Below are positions 8,431 through 17,129 of a DNA stretch of 64,000 nt, piece by piece. This DNA is from a virus, in IMG/VR virus record IMGVR_UViG_3300035696_000017, positions 32,001-96,000 of that record. One strand, 5' to 3'. Below the pieces are notes generated by a model, which saw only the letters and a program-made list of their open reading frames with translations, did not search any database and was not told the origin of the DNA. Every line of letters begins with the position of its first letter. The stretch's first letter is position 1. Made by a program: the position numbers and the translations under genes.

Positions 8431-8793
8431 TTACGTTATGTCTACGGCGACCTTCATCGCCTTTCCTCGAACCAGCTGGATCTTGTTGATGAAGACCAGG
8501 GTGTTGATAACCCCGACGTCACCCATCGGCCAACGCTGCATCTCGTTCTGCAGCTTCTCCGACATCTTCTCGCTGAGACCGGTCTCGCCCTGGGGACCGT
8601 CGACGACGACAGCAACGTCGATGTCGCTGCCCTCGTGGAACTGGGTCCTGTCGAGGACGCTGCCCACAACGTAGACCTCCCGGCATGGGACGCCGAGGAC
8701 GTCAGTCGCAGTGTTCCGGATGAAGCCAGCGTTCTGCTTCACCGTCTCGATGGCTTCCTTGCGGTACTCCTCAAGCTCCGGGTTGCTGCTCAT
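8431..8793 (-). CDS. minimal nucleotidyltransferase (Pol-beta superfamily)
   Basis: VYVVGSV..GSDIDVAVVV (hGS..DhD motif). Confidence 0.8.
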   Translation of the reverse strand: MSSNPELEEYRKEAIETVKQNAGFIRNTATDVLGVPCREVYVVGSVLDRTQFHEGSDIDVAVVVDGPQGETGLSEKMSEKLQNEMQRWPMGDVGVINTLVFINKIQLVRGKAMKVAVDIT

Positions 8794-9025
8794 TCTTGGT
8801 CTTCCTCACAGATAGGTAGGTCCCCAGCGCCGACCCCGCAGCCGCTGCCAGGATGAGCCAGTGGTTCCCCACGTACTCGATGACAACGATGCTGTTGGCG
8901 AAGATGATGCCCACCGCCCAGAACGATGCCCTCCCGGGCTCTCGTGCTGCTGCGGCGATGGTGTACTTGCCGAAGAAGTAATCGACGGCGACCATCGCTG
9001 AGAAGACGATGAGCGCTTGCAACAT
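8771..9025 (-). CDS. small membrane protein
   Basis: Three hydrophobic segments; GSALGTYLSV terminus. Confidence 0.7.
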   Translation of the reverse strand: MLQALIVFSAMVAVDYFFGKYTIAAAAREPGRASFWAVGIIFANSIVVIEYVGNHWLILAAAAGSALGTYLSVRKTKNEQQPGA

Positions 9026-9029
9026 TGGG

Positions 9030-9113
9030 TGCCGACGACAGGAGTCGAACCTGCCCGCCCTTTCGGGCACCAGTCTCTCAAACTGGCGTGTCTACCAAAT
9101 CCACCACGTCGGC
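9030..9113 (-). tRNA. tRNA-Leu(GAG)
   Basis: Type II cloverleaf, loop TTGAGAG. Confidence 0.93.
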
Positions 9114-9128
9114 GTTGTGTTACATGGG

Positions 9129-9203
9129 TGAGCCCAGCGGGATTCGGACCCGCGTTCTCTGGTTGAAGGCCAGGCGTCCTAGACCGGACTAGACGATGGG
9201 CCC
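9129..9203 (-). tRNA. tRNA-Glu(TTC), C33 and C55
   Basis: Glu-type D arm, loop CCTTCAA, T loop TCCGAAT. Confidence 0.85.
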
Positions 9204-9204
9204 A

Positions 9205-9280
9205 TGGGGTGACCGAGGAGGATCGAACTCCCGACAGCCGGGGCCACAACCCGGCGCTCTACCACTGAGCTACGGTCACC
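9205..9280 (-). tRNA. tRNA-His(GTG)
   Basis: G-1, C73, loop TTGTGGC, CCA. Confidence 0.95.
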
Positions 9281-9477
9281 ATGCGGTTCAGTTCGGCAGG
9301 TCCTTCGAACGTGCCTTGCTGTTCCTCTTGTGGTCGCGGTCCTCGTCATCACGATTGTGAGCGTCGTGGTGGTTCTTGTAGAGGACCATCCCGACAACGA
9401 TTGCGACAACGATGGCTGCGATCTTGAGCTTGTTCTTCATGTTCATATCGTACAACGGGGTGAAGAGAAGTGCAAGG

Positions 9478-9549
9478 AGCTGGCGAAGGGACTTGAACCC
9501 CCAACGACCTGTTTACAAAACAGGGGCTCTACCATTGAGCTACACCAGC
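9478..9549 (-). tRNA. tRNA-Thr(TGT)
   Basis: Cloverleaf, loop TTTGTAA. Confidence 0.93.
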
Positions 9550-9552
9550 ATC

Positions 9553-9633
9553 ACCGTTCACCTACTGCACAGGATTCGAACCTGACTGCCCACCTTCGAG
9601 GGGTGGTGCTCTTCCGACGAGCTCGCGAATGGT
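9553..9633 (-). ncRNA. tRNA-like RNA with non-standard acceptor ending GGTGAAC
   Basis: D, anticodon (CCTCGAA) and T arms present; 8-nt bulge, then ACCATTCGC/GTGAACGGT stem. Confidence 0.55.
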
Positions 9634-9641
9634 TACTAGGT

Positions 9642-9716
9642 TGGAGCGGGCGGCGGGATTCGAACCCGCGTGTCCAGGCTGGCGACCTGGTGCCTGTGCC
9701 TCTCGGCCACACCCGC
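9642..9716 (-). tRNA. tRNA-Gly(GCC), C33
   Basis: GCGGGTG acceptor, U73, loop TCGCCAG, CCA. Confidence 0.88.
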
Positions 9717-9721
9717 GTACG

Positions 9722-9815
9722 TCTTTCACTTCCGGTCTGACGGGATTCGAACCCGCACGCTCTTGCGAGCAGCCGGTTTTCTGCCGGCCGTGTCTACCAT
9801 TCCACCACAGCTGCC
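9722..9815 (-). ncRNA. tRNA-Leu-like RNA with broken acceptor stem
   Basis: Leu D arm, variable arm and T arm intact; loop CAGAAAA; 3' end GGAAGTGAAAG. Confidence 0.55.
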
Positions 9816-9843
9816 CGTTTCATGGGCGTAGTTACTTGACGGG

Positions 9844-9916
9844 AGCTAGCCACGGGAGTCGAACCCGTCATCTCGTCCGTACCAAGGACGCGTGTTCCCA
9901 CGCCTACTCGGCTAGC
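9844..9916 (-). tRNA. tRNA-Thr(GGT), weak D arm
   Basis: Loop TTGGTAC; acceptor GCTAGCC/GGCTAGC. Confidence 0.8.
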
Positions 9917-9920
9917 GTTT

Positions 9921-10042
9921 CGTTTTCACCTGCATGGGACTCGAACCCACAAGGCCTACTGCGATACCCCGTCACCGGGAGCACTCGGCCAGGCTCGTTT
10001 TTTTAGACGTGCCGCGTATGCCATTCCGCCACCCAGGAAGCG
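9921..10042 (-). ncRNA. tRNA-Leu-like RNA with about 40-nt extra arm and non-standard ends
   Basis: D arm GGCGGAATGGCATACGC, A-rich enlarged anticodon loop, T arm GTGGG-TTCGAGT-CCCAT, 3' GCAGGTGAAAACG. Confidence 0.55.
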
Positions 10043-10067
10043 CCCGGGGTCACATGGTTACTCACGG

Positions 10068-10141
10068 AGTCGAGGGTCGGATTCGAACCGACGAATGCCT
10101 GTGTTGCAGACAGGTCCCTTGAACCACTTGGGTACCTCGAC
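10068..10141 (-). tRNA. tRNA-Cys(GCA)
   Basis: Loop CTGCAAC, U73. Confidence 0.92.
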
Positions 10142-10151
10142 ATAGGGGATG

Positions 10152-10463
10152 TCACATGCCGCCGCCCATCCCATGGCGGCCGTTGTCGTTGTTGCTCTTG
10201 TTGTTGTACGAGACGCCGCGTGACTTGCCGTAGCTCGGCACGGGCGGTGACTGATCAAGATTGTCCTGGAGGGGCTTGTCATCAGCGTCATCCCGAGAGT
10301 TGGGTCCCTTGGGAAGACGTAGGTTGCCCAGGTCTGTGGGGTGGACGTCCGCCATCTTGTCGGGCACGCCGTAGACGTGCTCGACCTTGTCCTTCGGCCA
10401 TCCGTAGACTGCCTTGCCAGCCTCACGGATGACGCGGCGTAGATCTCCGAGGCGAACCTTCAT
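10152..10463 (-). CDS. hypothetical protein with MKVRLGDLRRVIRE N-terminal motif
   Basis: ATG 10463 preceded by ATACTTA. Confidence 0.7.
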   Translation of the reverse strand: MKVRLGDLRRVIREAGKAVYGWPKDKVEHVYGVPDKMADVHPTDLGNLRLPKGPNSRDDADDKPLQDNLDQSPPVPSYGKSRGVSYNNKSNNDNGRHGMGGGM

Positions 10464-10480
10464 CCTCGTAAGTATCCAGG

Positions 10481-10551
10481 TCCCCACGGCCGGACTCGAA
10501 CCGGCACCTCCTGGGCTTCAGCCAGGCGCTCGACCATCGAGCTGCAAGGGG
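10481..10551 (-). tRNA. tRNA-Phe(GAA), atypical (C8, acceptor mismatch)
   Basis: Loop CTGAAGC. Confidence 0.75.
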
Positions 10552-10552
10552 G

Positions 10553-10624
10553 TGGTGGGTATCGGAATCGAACCGATGACGCCCGGGTTTCAACCGAGTG
10601 CTCTACCGACTGAGCTAACCCACC
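10553..10624 (-). tRNA. tRNA-Phe(GAA)
   Basis: Loop TTGAAAC. Confidence 0.9.
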
Positions 10625-10627
10625 GTG

Positions 10628-10699
10628 TGGGGTGACCGACGGGAATCGAACCCGCGCTAGTCTGGGTCACAACCAGACGACCCGCCAATGGGCGGTCAC
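10628..10699 (-). tRNA. tRNA-His(GTG), shortened D region
   Basis: Loop TTGTGAC, C73-CCA; D arm CCC-ATTGGC-GGG follows the acceptor directly. Confidence 0.7.
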
Positions 10700-10701
10700 A
10701 G

Positions 10702-10773
10702 TCAGAGAGGTGGGACTCGAACCCACGGCTTCCTGGCTCCGGACCAGGCTGTCTGCCGCTGACTTACTCTCTG
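10702..10773 (-). tRNA. tRNA-Pro(CGG), C33
   Basis: C1-G72, A73, loop TCCGGAG. Confidence 0.85.
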
Positions 10774-10847
10774 GAGCTGGCGATGGGAGTCGAACCCACG
10801 TGTTCCTCTTTACGGGAGAGGTGCACCTGCCTCTGTGCTACACCAGC
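10772..10847 (-). tRNA. tRNA-Thr(CGT), C33
   Basis: Loop CCCGTAA; its CCA overlaps the next tRNA by 2 nt. Confidence 0.88.
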
Positions 10848-10857
10848 ATACGTTTCG

Positions 10858-10931
10858 TCGGTGTGGTGGGATTTGGACCCACGATCTTCTGCTCCCGAAG
10901 CAGACGCGATACCAGGCTTCGCTACACACCG
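10858..10931 (-). tRNA. tRNA-Pro(CGG), C55
   Basis: Loop TTCGGGA; T loop TCCAAAT. Confidence 0.9.
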
Positions 10932-10935
10932 AAGT

Positions 10936-11248
10936 CATCGACCGTCCAACCGTCCCGGTGAGGATGTCACTCCTCACACCTACCTCGTGTCAGTCACGTT
11001 GTTCCGTCACATGGCTCAGATGCTAGCTAGGCACCCTCAACACCACGGCGGGATTTTACCCGCATGCACCCAAGCTCTGACCGTTAGTAGGTCGGTGCAC
11101 CATCCCGCTGCCGAGTAGGAAACTGCCTGATCGGTGCGCTAATGACGTTACGCTTCCACACGCATCGGACCTGACCAGTTTCCGGTGCCAGTGCCTTTCC
11201 CCGAGCAAGGGATGGGCTTTCAGCCACGTGACGGTCGGACGGTCGATG
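10936..11248 (-). ncRNA. 313-nt structured RNA, possibly raiA-motif-like
   Basis: 19-bp closing helix (10936-10954 with 11230-11248), several internal hairpins, GTGGCTGAAAGCC start, CATCCC/GGGATG long-range pairing. Confidence 0.65.
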
Positions 11249-11323
11249 GTCGGAGTGGCGGGGTTCGAACCCACGATCTCTCGGCCCCCAGCCGAGCGCG
11301 ATACCAGACTTCGCTACACTCCG
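11247..11323 (-). tRNA. tRNA-Pro(GGG)
   Basis: Loop CTGGGGG, CCA. Confidence 0.93.
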
Positions 11324-11482
11324 ATGAATTGCTACTGTACTACACCTTCTTGCGATTTGGACAACCGTGCGTTTCACGGTCTCCACCTCAGTTGGCGTCA
11401 GCTAACACCCGTGAGGGAGAGCCGCTCAAGACGCGCCGTCCGGTATCCCGTTAGGACATCGTCAAACCTGAGGAACGCAGAG

Positions 11483-11555
11483 TCGAAATGGTGGGACTCG
11501 AACCCACGATCTTCTCCGTGTGAAGGAGTTGTTCTTGCCGCTGAACTACATTCCG
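11483..11555 (-). tRNA. tRNA-Val(CAC)
   Basis: Loop TTCACAC. Confidence 0.88.
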
Positions 11556-11582
11556 AAGACTTGAAAGCCTCCTTGGCTTCCG

Positions 11583-11656
11583 TCGGAGTGGAGGGACTCG
11601 AACCCTCGGAAAACGTGCACCCAAAGCACGCGCCATGGCCGCTAGGCGACACTCCG
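11583..11656 (-). tRNA. tRNA-Pro(TGG)
   Basis: Loop TTTGGGT. Confidence 0.9.
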
Positions 11657-11846
11657 ATTCTGCTTGTCTTCTGCCGGTTGTCTCTGCCGGCTGGCCGTTC
11701 AACCCCTATGGGGTGTGGCAATCGAAGCGGCAGCACGCCCGAGGTGGACGTGAGGCCGCCGACGCAAAAGCGCCGTCCTTCACTCCTACCTGTTAGCATG
11801 CTCGACATCATGACTGATCTCGCTTCAATTCGGGCAGTTGCCCTAG

Positions 11847-11918
11847 TGACCCCTACGGGACTCGAACCCGTGTTTTTACCGTGAGAAGGTAGCGTCCTAG
11901 CCGCTAGACGAAGGGGCC
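11847..11918 (-). tRNA. tRNA-Glu(CTC)
   Basis: Glu D arm, loop TTCTCAC. Confidence 0.92.
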
Positions 11919-11988
11919 GTCTCAGAACCATACTGTAGGCCGTTGGCTCGGCCTGTTTCACACTTTTCGCACTTTTTTCTTGGGTGAC

Positions 11989-12345
11989 TCAGCTTGTCTC
12001 TTCGAGGTCTTCGAGCTTCCCGCCGTTCCTCAGGTAGACTGAGTCCACATCGACGCCCAGCTTCCGCAGCTCCCGCTGGTTGAGCCGGATCACCTGACGT
12101 GCCCACATCTTCTGGTACGTAGTCGAGTGAGCCTGGGGCTTTTCGGTCGACTCATCGATGGTGGTGACCTTGCCGTTCGACTCCCTGACTGTCGCCACCA
12201 TCTGCCACGTGGCGCTGGTGAAGAGGGCTGTCATCTTGTCCTCGATGACAAGGGTGCCGGAGCCGGGAGTGCGTTGGGTTGACGGGGGCGGGTCTTCGTC
12301 GATCAGGTCACCGAGATCGAGCTCGCCGAAGTGCGTGTGCATCAT
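11989..12345 (-). CDS. hypothetical protein
   Basis: ATG with AGGAG and ATACGTA upstream. Confidence 0.7.
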   Translation of the reverse strand: MMHTHFGELDLGDLIDEDPPPSTQRTPGSGTLVIEDKMTALFTSATWQMVATVRESNGKVTTIDESTEKPQAHSTTYQKMWARQVIRLNQRELRKLGVDVDSVYLRNGGKLEDLEETS

Positions 12346-12357
12346 GCTCCTTACGTA

Positions 12358-12573
12358 TCAGTTGGCCTGGTTGTAACGGTACCACACGCTGCCCTCGTCG
12401 GTGCTCCAGACTCGGGACATCGACGGGCCACCGGGCGCATTGGGCCACTCCAGGATGATGCCCCAGCGGGCTTCATCCGCGTTGTAGACGAGATCGGCGA
12501 CGATTGCTCTGGCGTAGGGCTGCAGGTTGTTGTGGACAACGACCCGTTCGCCCACCTTGATCGGGGGTTCCAT
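12358..12573 (-). CDS. hypothetical SH3/KOW-like small protein, leaderless
   Basis: GTGCAA-N18-TACGGT-N6-ATG upstream; IKVGERVVV. Confidence 0.65.
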   Translation of the reverse strand: MEPPIKVGERVVVHNNLQPYARAIVADLVYNADEARWGIILEWPNAPGGPSMSRVWSTDEGSVWYRYNQAN

Positions 12574-13088
12574 GTCCCCACCGTACCACTTCTCGGCGGC
12601 TGTTTGCACCCACCGGCCGCCCACGGGCGCTCCCGCGCGCGATCCGTTCAGTTGCCACCGTCTGAGAGGTCGTTGATGTTGCAGAGGGCATCGAGACCGA
12701 TCCAACCCCGGCCCTCTCGGGCCCAGACGTAGGCTTCGTCTTCGAAGACGCCGACGACCAGCACGATTTGGCCCTTGCGGATCCAGCCCGTCACCACGTT
12801 GTCGCTGCGACCGGTGAAGGCCTCATGCTCCAACGCTTGCCCGGTGGTCCTGGACCTGAGCGGGATGTCCCCGCTGACGATGAAGTCGGGGTCAACACAT
12901 GCTGCATCGCCGGGAGCGATCTTGGGTTTGGCACCCCAGCCCTGCCCGTCGAGGTACGCGACGATGACGTCACCGAAGCTCACGGTATCACCTCGATGAA
13001 AGCGCCGAATGCCCAGCCACCACCGTTGGGGCCGAGGAGGTAGACGCTGCCACCGTCAGCTCGTTCAAGAGCAATGACCAGCGCGACG

Positions 13089-13568
13089 TCACGTTTTCCG
13101 AGACGGCTGATGACCCTGGGCAGGATCTTGCCCGCGATCGGCCTGGCTCCTCCCGGAATGCTGTACAGGTCGACGTCTTCGTCCAGCCACTCCACTGGCT
13201 TCACCAGCTGGCCTGCTTTGAAGACGCCGCTCATGCTGTACTGTACCCCGCAACGTCCCCAACATCCACTCCTCGATCGGGAGGTGTTGCAACCAGCGTT
13301 CCAACGTCGGAATGAAGCCCAGGTCCTCGACCACGTGGTCCTCGCCGACATCTCGGACGCTGACCTTCTTGCCGTCGCTGTTGGTGATGTTATGACCGAA
13401 CTGCTGCTCCAACAGGAAGATGCCGAAGCTGGAGTGGAGGATGGCGCGGTGACGCATGTCGGGCAGCGCCGCCTTGGTCTGGTCGAACCAGTCGTGTAGC
13501 TCGAGGTAGTCCTCGGGCTTGCCACCCCACTTCTTCGCCGAGTTCTTGGCGTGCTGCCAGGGTTTCAC
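13089..13568 (-). CDS. DUF6915-like protein
   Basis: PWQHAKNSAKKWGG..LHDWFDQTK..RHRAILHSSFGIF..GEDHVVEDLGFIPT. Confidence 0.75.
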   Translation of the reverse strand: MKPWQHAKNSAKKWGGKPEDYLELHDWFDQTKAALPDMRHRAILHSSFGIFLLEQQFGHNITNSDGKKVSVRDVGEDHVVEDLGFIPTLERWLQHLPIEEWMLGTLRGTVQHERRLQSRPAGEASGVAGRRRRPVQHSGRSQADRGQDPAQGHQPSRKT

Positions 13569-13885
13569 GTTGCAGCGGGAGGCCCAGGTGGAGTGCCGTC
13601 CTCGTCCTTCTTCTCGGCGGCCTTCTTCAGGTTGTCCTCGTGACGGGCAAGCGCCAGCAGGACCAACGCGGCTTCGGTGCCCTCCATCAGGATGCGTAGC
13701 GACGTCCAAGCCAACACCGTGACGATGATGATGACCAGGGGCCGGGGGTCAACGACGCCGCGGCAACCGTTGAAGACGATGCCGAAGCAGCCCAGGCCGA
13801 CCAGCATCGCGTAGATGACGCGGTAGTGGAGACCGAGCTTCGCTTGGAAAGCGTGGAACTTGGAGGGTTTCTGTTGCTCAGCCAT
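13565..13885 (-). CDS. membrane protein
   Basis: Two hydrophobic helices; coupled to neighbours. Confidence 0.65.
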   Translation of the reverse strand: MAEQQKPSKFHAFQAKLGLHYRVIYAMLVGLGCFGIVFNGCRGVVDPRPLVIIIVTVLAWTSLRILMEGTEAALVLLALARHEDNLKKAAEKKDEDGTPPGPPAAT

Positions 13886-14208
13886 CAGTCATCTCTCTTG
13901 TAGGAAAACGTCGCCCTGAACAGGTTGGCCACCGCGGCGCCAAACAGGGTGACGAAGTACGCAACGGGCCAGGGGATCAGGTGACAGCCCAGGGCGGGAA
14001 CCAGGCCACGGTTCCAACCGAGCCAGATGAGGGGTGACACCACCAGCGCCACCGCAAGGGTGACGATCCAGCCGATGACGACGGTGTACCCGAGACGGAC
14101 ACCGACCGTTGACACGTACTTGATGACAGCGTCTGTCGCTCCCGGCTTCCTGTCAGGGCTGCCAAAGTGGCGAAAGGGTCGGGCTCCAACGGGTTTGATC
14201 ACTGCCAT
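13885..14208 (-). CDS. membrane protein
   Basis: Hydrophobic segments; coupled to neighbours. Confidence 0.65.
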   Translation of the reverse strand: MAVIKPVGARPFRHFGSPDRKPGATDAVIKYVSTVGVRLGYTVVIGWIVTLAVALVVSPLIWLGWNRGLVPALGCHLIPWPVAYFVTLFGAAVANLFRATFSYKRDD

Positions 14209-14211
14209 CGT

Positions 14212-15648
14212 TCATCTCCACGCGCCCTTGATCTGGCGCTCCTTCGTCAGGTGGATCTGGATCTCGTCACACTCCTTGGCGAACAGGAGCTCACAGCCCT
14301 GGCCGAGGACCCAACCGCGCTTGATCCGGCTCGGGATGGGCTTGGGAGCGCAACCGTCGGTCATGATCAACATACCGTCCCACCTGCCCCGGTTCTTCGG
14401 GTTGTTGACGATGGCAGTGGGTGCCGAGAAGTCGGTGCCCCCGCGCTTGGTGCGCTGCAGCTTGGGCCGCATGCCACGCTTCCACTCGTAGAGGTCCTTG
14501 GGACCAGCGTAGCAGTCGAAGTGGCAGATGGTGATGTCGACCTTCCGGGTCAGCGAGTCGAGCTCATTGAAGAACATCTCACACATCTCGTCGCTGACCG
14601 ACCCAGACTCGTCGATGGCGATGAACAGCTTCGCCGTGTAACCACGCTTGACGCCCGGGTGGATGTACGGGTAGCGCCGGTTGATGCGCTTGATCGAGGT
14701 GGTCCGTGCGCCCCTGACGATGCTGCCGACGAACTGTCGCAACACTGCGCGCCAGTCGATGACAGTGTTGATGTAGCGCCGGATCTGGGCCCTGATCTCC
14801 TCGGGGATGGTGCCCCAGCCGTCAGCTTGGGAATCGGCGCGGCGGACCGCTTTCTCAACGATGCCCTTGACCTTGCCCTCGACGTACTCACGCAGCTCTT
14901 CCGGGATGTCGTCCCACCCGTCGTGGTCATCCATGCTGCCGATGGCATACTCCTGTCCCTCGTCCTCACCGTTCTTCTTGCGGTCGTCCTGGAGGGCGTG
15001 GAAGTACCACTCGCTCGACTTCAGGGGAGGAAAGCTCTTGATGAGCTCACAGCGCCGCAGAGTTGCAGCCTTCGACTTTTCGTCCAGCTCGGCGAAACGC
15101 TCGGGATCGATCCAGGGCATCACACCCGGGATCAGCGCCATCTTCGGCAGCGGCCGTGCCACCTGGCCGGGCTCGATGTCCCTGGGCTGACCGGCGTTCT
15201 TGATGATGCCGGAGTTGATGGCCAGGTCAGTCCCGACGTTCCAGTCGTCCGGGGGCGCTCGACGTCGTTCGTTGAGGTGACCGCCCCACAGGTGATCGAA
15301 CTCGTGGTTCAGGACGCCGCGGATCTCCCAGTTGGTGAGGGGGTCACAAGTGACGTCCTTCTTGCGAGCTTCGCTGTAGTAGGTGCCGCCACCCAGGAAC
15401 TCTGGGTTGACGTACATGACGACCTCGTCCTCCCGAGGATCAAAGGTGACCGCTGCGGTGGGGATGTCGTGAGTGTAACGCTTCTTGACGTAGCGCGAGA
15501 TCTCTGCATAGAACGGGACGTCTTGCAGGTACGGGATCAGGTGCCGACCGAGGTTGAAGTCGGTCTCACAGGTGCGCCACCCGTGGCGGGTGCGCGAGAC
15601 GTTCTGCTCCGTCATCGCCGGGAGCTTGTCGTCCTTCTTGTCGGCCAT
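14212..15648 (-). CDS. VWA-like domain protein with putative metallopeptidase domain (DUF2201-type)
   Basis: VLNHEFDH, WNVGTDLAIN, MIDAS AIDESGSVS, GGTDF, IMTDG. Confidence 0.9.
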   Translation of the reverse strand: MADKKDDKLPAMTEQNVSRTRHGWRTCETDFNLGRHLIPYLQDVPFYAEISRYVKKRYTHDIPTAAVTFDPREDEVVMYVNPEFLGGGTYYSEARKKDVTCDPLTNWEIRGVLNHEFDHLWGGHLNERRRAPPDDWNVGTDLAINSGIIKNAGQPRDIEPGQVARPLPKMALIPGVMPWIDPERFAELDEKSKAATLRRCELIKSFPPLKSSEWYFHALQDDRKKNGEDEGQEYAIGSMDDHDGWDDIPEELREYVEGKVKGIVEKAVRRADSQADGWGTIPEEIRAQIRRYINTVIDWRAVLRQFVGSIVRGARTTSIKRINRRYPYIHPGVKRGYTAKLFIAIDESGSVSDEMCEMFFNELDSLTRKVDITICHFDCYAGPKDLYEWKRGMRPKLQRTKRGGTDFSAPTAIVNNPKNRGRWDGMLIMTDGCAPKPIPSRIKRGWVLGQGCELLFAKECDEIQIHLTKERQIKGAWR

Positions 15649-15778
15649 GGACAAATCCTACCTTAAGAACGGCGTGAGTTTCACCGCTCGTAGTGGGTCG
15701 ACTTCATGCAGAGCGCATACGCAACGTACCAGCCCAGAGGGCCAGCAAGCGCAAGTGGGAGGAAGACCAGGGCGGGCA

Positions 15779-16168
15779 TCAGGTGAGGTCAATCTCGAAC
15801 AGAGCACCCTTGCCGCCAGAGCCGAAGCACTTCATGAAACCCTGGTTGGCATCACACCACTCCAGGACGACCTGGTTCTGGCGGCGGGTCAACACTGTGA
15901 CCCGCATGACCTTCATGCCGTCCATCCATCCCTCATCGAGGATGCGGGGGTCATTCATGATCTCGAGGCCATGGACGCTGGCGATGCGGTCGAGCTCCTC
16001 GCTGGCGAGCTGGGCCTGCCATGCCTGGTAGTCTGCGGGAACGTCGGCCCAACAGCCAGCCAAACGCCAGTTGTCCATCGACTGCTTGACGTCGTCGGGC
16101 ATCTGGGCTCGAACGGGTCGCGCGATGACAGAGTTCCTACGAGACGTGATGCTGACGACGTCACCCAT
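15779..16168 (-). CDS. hypothetical protein
   Basis: Minus-strand ORF in operon context. Confidence 0.6.
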   Translation of the reverse strand: MGDVVSITSRRNSVIARPVRAQMPDDVKQSMDNWRLAGCWADVPADYQAWQAQLASEELDRIASVHGLEIMNDPRILDEGWMDGMKVMRVTVLTRRQNQVVLEWCDANQGFMKCFGSGGKGALFEIDLT

Positions 16169-16786
16169 TGTTCAGCCCTTCGCTGCGAGGATGCAGCCTC
16201 CGATGTTGCCCAGGATGAGGAAGACGACCATGCTCCATCCCATGAAGGCCCAGGACGGCGAGTGGATCGCCATGCACCAAGCCACGATGAAGAGGCCCCA
16301 GAAGAACATTGCCCCCATGGACCCGACCATGCTGCCGACTACGTACTTGAACCCCTTTGGGAATAAGAGCCAAAGGCCGATGCAGGCACCCGCTGTCCAG
16401 AGCAACTCCATTTGTACATCCTACCAGGACTAGGCCGCGGCTTGCACCCGGATCTTGCGACCACGATTGATGGCATTCCCGAGGCATTCGACTGAGCCAC
16501 AGTGGCAGTCGAAGTGTTGGATGTCGTGAGTGTAGCCCTCGCGGTTCGCTTGCGCGTGCTTTACCGCCTCTTCCCAGCGAATGTGTCGCATCCGAGACTG
16601 GGGCATGAAGGCCCGACCACAGCGACTGATGTGCATGTGCCGACGGTCGCGTTGTCGGAGCCACTTCGCTGGCGTCTTTCGCTTACGTTCCATGTTTTCC
16701 TCAGCGCCGGGTGGTGGATGCGATCCACTCTTCGAGCCTTCTGGACGTCTCCAGGGACCCACCCTTCGGGGCCTACCAAGCGTTCG

Positions 16787-16857
16787 TGCGACGTATGGGA
16801 TTCGGACCCATGTCTCCGGGCCAACGCCCGGTGTCCTGTCCGCTAGACGAATGTCGC
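16787..16857 (-). tRNA. tRNA-Glu-like gene with aberrant anticodon loop (no assignable anticodon)
   Basis: Glu-type D arm and acceptor; anticodon arm CCGGGC-GTTG-GCCCGG. Confidence 0.6.
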
Positions 16858-17129
16858 TGTGCCCTTCGTTTGACCCGTTAGTCAGACGGTGTCTTTCAGA
16901 CACCAGTGAATGATGAGCGATGACTAGTCGCTCACCCCATCACTTACTGCCACTCTACCACGAGCCTCTCTTGGGTTACACCGACCCCTGCTTTTTCATG
17001 ACGGTGTAATTCTTGGCTCCTGAGTGACACCCAGGTGACTTTCGATGGCTTTAAGCGGCCCACAGACCGCCCACAGGATGACCCGGGCAGACGGGACGGG
17101 GTATAACCCCTTGGCCTGTCAAGGGCGGC

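Noticed and set aside
7438-9203. Possible amber/opal suppressor tRNAs (loops CCTAGAA and CCTTCAA contain CTA and TCA)
   Set aside because: Stem register places TAG and TTC at positions 34-36, and the bodies are Leu- and Glu-type
9921-10042. Group I intron in a tRNA-Leu(UAA)
   Set aside because: The extra sequence is only about 40 nt, lies in the variable region and lacks group I core elements
11140-11180. SRP RNA (GTCAGGTCCG..GGAAGC resemblance)
   Set aside because: The GNRA-capped helix 8 and AGCAG symmetric loop are absent; the segment folds as part of a larger RNA
9179-11961. ORFs called across the tRNA arrays (also 32818-37295)
   Set aside because: They overlap tRNA/ncRNA genes and have no protein features; only the few listed as features are supported
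14167-15666. Long plus-strand ORFs (also 22219-23904, 27247-28266, 37228-38250 and others)
   Set aside because: Antisense shadows of well-supported minus-strand genes, expected in high-GC DNA; no motifs
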